Source: Chiloscyllium plagiosum (Eukaryota). From it: 64,000 bases of DNA. Of this stretch, positions 60,703 to 64,000 are shown in pieces. Where the stretch lies: NCBI RefSeq assembly GCF_004010195.1, contig NC_057719.1, positions 45,564,658 through 45,628,657 on the forward strand, in the 5' to 3' direction. Below the pieces are notes generated by a model. The model worked only from the letters and a program-made list of their open reading frames with translations, did no database searches and was not told the origin of the DNA. How positions within the stretch are numbered: position 1 is the first letter of the stretch; each line of letters opens with the position of its first letter. A program made the position numbers and the translations under genes.

Positions 60703-61858
60703 GTGTACTTGTTGTCTGTTTTGTCTGTGAGGCAAACTCACACCAGCAGTACAAAGAAAACAAAATCTGTAATAGTACAAAGGACACAAGACATTAAATA
60801 AAAAAAAGCTTCATGATGCAAGTGAACATCAAAGGGAGTGGTAATGAGGTAAAGAAATAAAAAAATTGTCCATAAAATGTAAGAATGGCACGATGTGGAA
60901 TAGATGCTATCTGAAAGAAACATGAAAGGTAATGAGAGAAATAGATTGGCAAAGTGAATTGACACCAAATGCAAACAGAGTTTACATTCTAAAATAGTTG
61001 AGATACATAGTTGCAATGTCATGACTGCCAAAGATGAGGTGCTGTTACTTGAGCTTTCATTGAACTCCATTGAAACATCTTAGGGATTTAAGGACGGAAA
61101 GAATAGAGTGGGATCAAACTGGGAACTTAAATGAAATGCAACTGAAAGATTGGGTTTTTCTTTAAATTTCAGATTTCCATTAATAGTATTTTAATTTTGT
61201 ATTGTTATTTATCAATATATTTAAACTTAAATTCTGTGAATTATTATTGCCAATTTTATCCTCTTTTACTACAAGCCCAGTTTTTATCTAATCTATTTGA
61301 AGCACAAAGGAAATGTCCTCTGAATCTATATTCAGTATTGTGAACTCAGACAGCACCATCACGTCGACATGTTAACATGACTGGTTCAAATATCTACATT
61401 AACTGTACCAGTGATGAATAATTCAGCTGACAGATATTTCAAACAGATATGATAGTGAATGAGACACAGGAAGACAAACTATGAAGTAAGTAAAGTGTTC
61501 ATTTACTGGTGTAATACTTACTCAATGTTGTCATTAGCTCAGTCTCTTACAAATAACACAAATATATGAGTTTGTAAATTAATCTGATTTTTATATGAAC
61601 AAAGAATGCAATTACATATGAAATGAAAGTATCCAGAAGTGATTGTTCCAAGATAGAAAACTGTGCCAAAATCCTATTCTGTTGTCTTTGGGGCCTAGTT
61701 CAAATGCACCTTCTGTCATTAATTGCACAATAAATTTACTGACATTTATCCAAAGACTTTCAGAACCACATAATGGAAAGCAACTGCTTTTCAGCCAGTG
61801 AAATATTTTAGAAGTGGAATCCCAGTTGCAATGTCGAAATGTAACTGTCAATTTTCAC

Positions 61859-61964
61859 AACGAAAACAGAAATTGCTGGAGAAACTCAGCAGGTCTGGCA
61901 GCATGTGAGGAAAGAAAGCAGGGTTAATATTTCAGGTTGAGGTGACCCTTCTTCAGAACTGTGA
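61859..61964 (-). mobile_element. Penelope family 3 terminal repeat
   Basis: Minus strand reads agttCTGAAGAAGGGTcacc..CCTGAAATATTaac. 10-bp TSD caattttcac at 61849-61858 and 61965-61974. Confidence 0.8.
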
Positions 61965-62039
61965 CAATTTTCACTCAACATCCCTGCAGAAGTAACAATA
62001 TGATAAAGACCAAATAATCTCTTCATATGATTTTGAAAC

Positions 62040-62320
62040 AAGGATAAATATTGGTCATGACAACACAGGGTAACTCCCTGCTCTCGTATGAAACAGAACA
62101 ATAGAATTTTTAAAATCCACATGCAGGATCAATTGGGGCTCATGTTTATTATTTCATGTGTATGGTAATTTCTCAAACAAAGCAGCAATCACTCAGTACT
62201 GGAGTGTCAACCTTGATTTGTTTGTGCAAGTTCAGTTGAGAAGCTTCAGGGCAAGTATTGACTTGAGGATGGAAATCTCTGACTTAGAGGCAGATTACCA
62301 ATTCAGCCAGAGTGACATAA
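62040..62320 (-). mobile_element. DeuSINE-like (SacSINE1-type) remnant
   Basis: gcagcaatcactcagtactggagtgtcaacc resembles the Deu domain; antisense tRNA-like head tctgacttagaggc..ccaattcagcca. Confidence 0.6.
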
Positions 62321-63279
62321 TATTCTCAGGATGAGAAATTGGACTCATTATTACATGTAGACCAGTGGCCATATTGCTGTAGGCTCGAACATGCATGTAG
62401 TGAACATCTGTTGAAGGTTCATGGAACAGGAAAATTGTGACATCAACCAAAGTACCGTACTAAATTGATGGCAACGAAATTGTGAAGCTCGGTAGTGCAG
62501 CCAACATTTTTTCTTATTATTACATCATTGAATAAGCATGCATTAGCCGTAAGGATTCTTACCCCATCCTCTGCTCCTGCCAGCCCAACTGCACAATTTA
62601 AAGGAATAATCAGCTATTCGTAGTTTAGTTGCTTGTTGAACTTTTCTGATTGTTATTCCAATCTTATAGGTGTTTCATGCTTTTTATAAATGTTTCAAGT
62701 TGCAAACATCTACAAGGACTGATGTAGCAGGCACATACACATTTTTATTGACTTCAAAACTTCTACATAAATCAGATCCCATAAATAGCTAAGCTTTCCC
62801 TTGGAAAACAACATACTTTGAAGAACAAAATGAAAAGGGAAAGTAATTTCAGGAAAGAGGGGAAGAAAGTCGAAGAGAACTCTCAGCAGGAAACCATATT
62901 GCAATGACTCCCATGGGGACAATATCTTCTAGAAAGAGATTAGAATTTCCCAGCGGCAGACAAAAAGAATCACACAAAATTTCAAATCATAAAACTATAA
63001 CTGTAAAAGACAAATTAAAACCAATATACACATTACACAATAAGGAACTAATGTACCAGAAAAGAAGTTTCATATTAACTATTTAACACATCCATAAATA
63101 CTTTATAGCCTATTTATATCTTACCCCACATTGATATGTAGACTTGTGCTATAAATACCACATTCTTCCCAGCTTTTCAGAATGCTCCCTTTTCCCTACA
63201 ATACTCAGGTAAGTCTTCCAGTGTCCTTTGAAATTCTCTTCATTCAGTCTTCTCACTATTCCTGTAATGACTTCTAGTA

Positions 63280-63532
63280 CAGTCAGTTCTTCTATAACAC
63301 AGTGGTTGTGTTCTTGTGTGACCCCGCGTTAAAGAAAAATCACACTTTAGAAACAACGCTTAAAATATTGGTGCTGTAATCATGTTGCAGCCAATACATG
63401 CTTTGAAAGTTTGTGTTGTAGAAACAACACTCCCAATTCGTCAATCATCTTTTTGCAACAGCGTCTCCAATTCGTCAATCACGTTACAGCGAATTCTCAT
63501 TTAAGAAACATGCGATATAACAGAACAACCTG
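63280..63532. mobile_element. Tigger/pogo-like MITE
   Basis: Imperfect terminal inverted repeats cagtcagttcttctataac / gatataacagaacaacctg; TA on the left and CA on the right. Confidence 0.6.
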
Positions 63533-63724
63533 CACCATGACCCAGCCTGGTGAATGCTTGACCTTTAAATCTCCACAGGTTCCTGTTTCTTTGAACAGAA
63601 AACTAGTTCGCTTCAGCATCTTGGTCAATGGCTAACACAAAGCAACCTTGTTCTCTGTTTTGCACAGCAATAGCCATCTATGTCTCCCTTTCCATATTTC
63701 TGAGCTTAAACATGTCTGTCTACA

Positions 63725-63937
63725 ATCTACCCTCCCATCCTGGCACTTTCCCCTGCCACTGCAGGAACTGTAAAACCTGTGCCCACCCCTCCTCCCTCAC
63801 CTCTATCCAAGGCCCTAAAGGAGCCTTCCACAACCATCAAAGTTTTACTTGCACATCCACTAATATCATTTATTGTATCCGTTGCTCCCGATGCGGTCTC
63901 CTCTACATTGGGGAGACTGGGTGCCTCCTAGCAGAGC
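63725..63937 (+). mobile_element. Penelope GIY-YIG endonuclease fragment, running into a gap
   Basis: GTFPCHCRNCKTC...FTCTSTNIIYCIRCSRCGLLYIGETG. Confidence 0.92.
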
Positions 63938-63978
63938 NNNNNNNNNNNNNNNNNNNNNNNNNNNNNNNNNNNNNNNNN
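63938..63978. other. Assembly gap (41 N)
   Basis: Run of N. Confidence 1.
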
Positions 63979-64000
63979 TAGTTCTAAACTTCCAGCTCAG

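Overview
This is eukaryotic, repeat-dense non-coding DNA. HE1-type SINEs with CR1/HER1 tails point to a cartilaginous fish, probably a shark (inference). I could not identify an intact host gene; most ORF-track entries are transposon remnants or chance frames. The window holds many decayed CR1, CR1-like and Rex1/Babar LINE fragments and several SINE families. It also holds a decayed Ty1/copia (GalEa-like) LTR element with a tRNA-iMet primer site (~36.5-43.4 kb) and, directly after it, a Gmr1-type Gypsy element with integrase before RT (43.4-49.2 kb). Two solo LTRs, two PIF/Harbinger gene remnants, a Tigger-like MITE and two GC-rich minisatellites are also present. The most striking feature is more than a dozen short Penelope-derived insertions from three sequence families. 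They carry minimal hammerhead-ribozyme motifs, are often inverted-repeat hairpins, and are flanked by 10-17 bp target-site duplications (TSDs); two enclose foreign CR1 sequence. Coordinates of decayed elements are approximate, and all family calls come from motif recognition without database searches.
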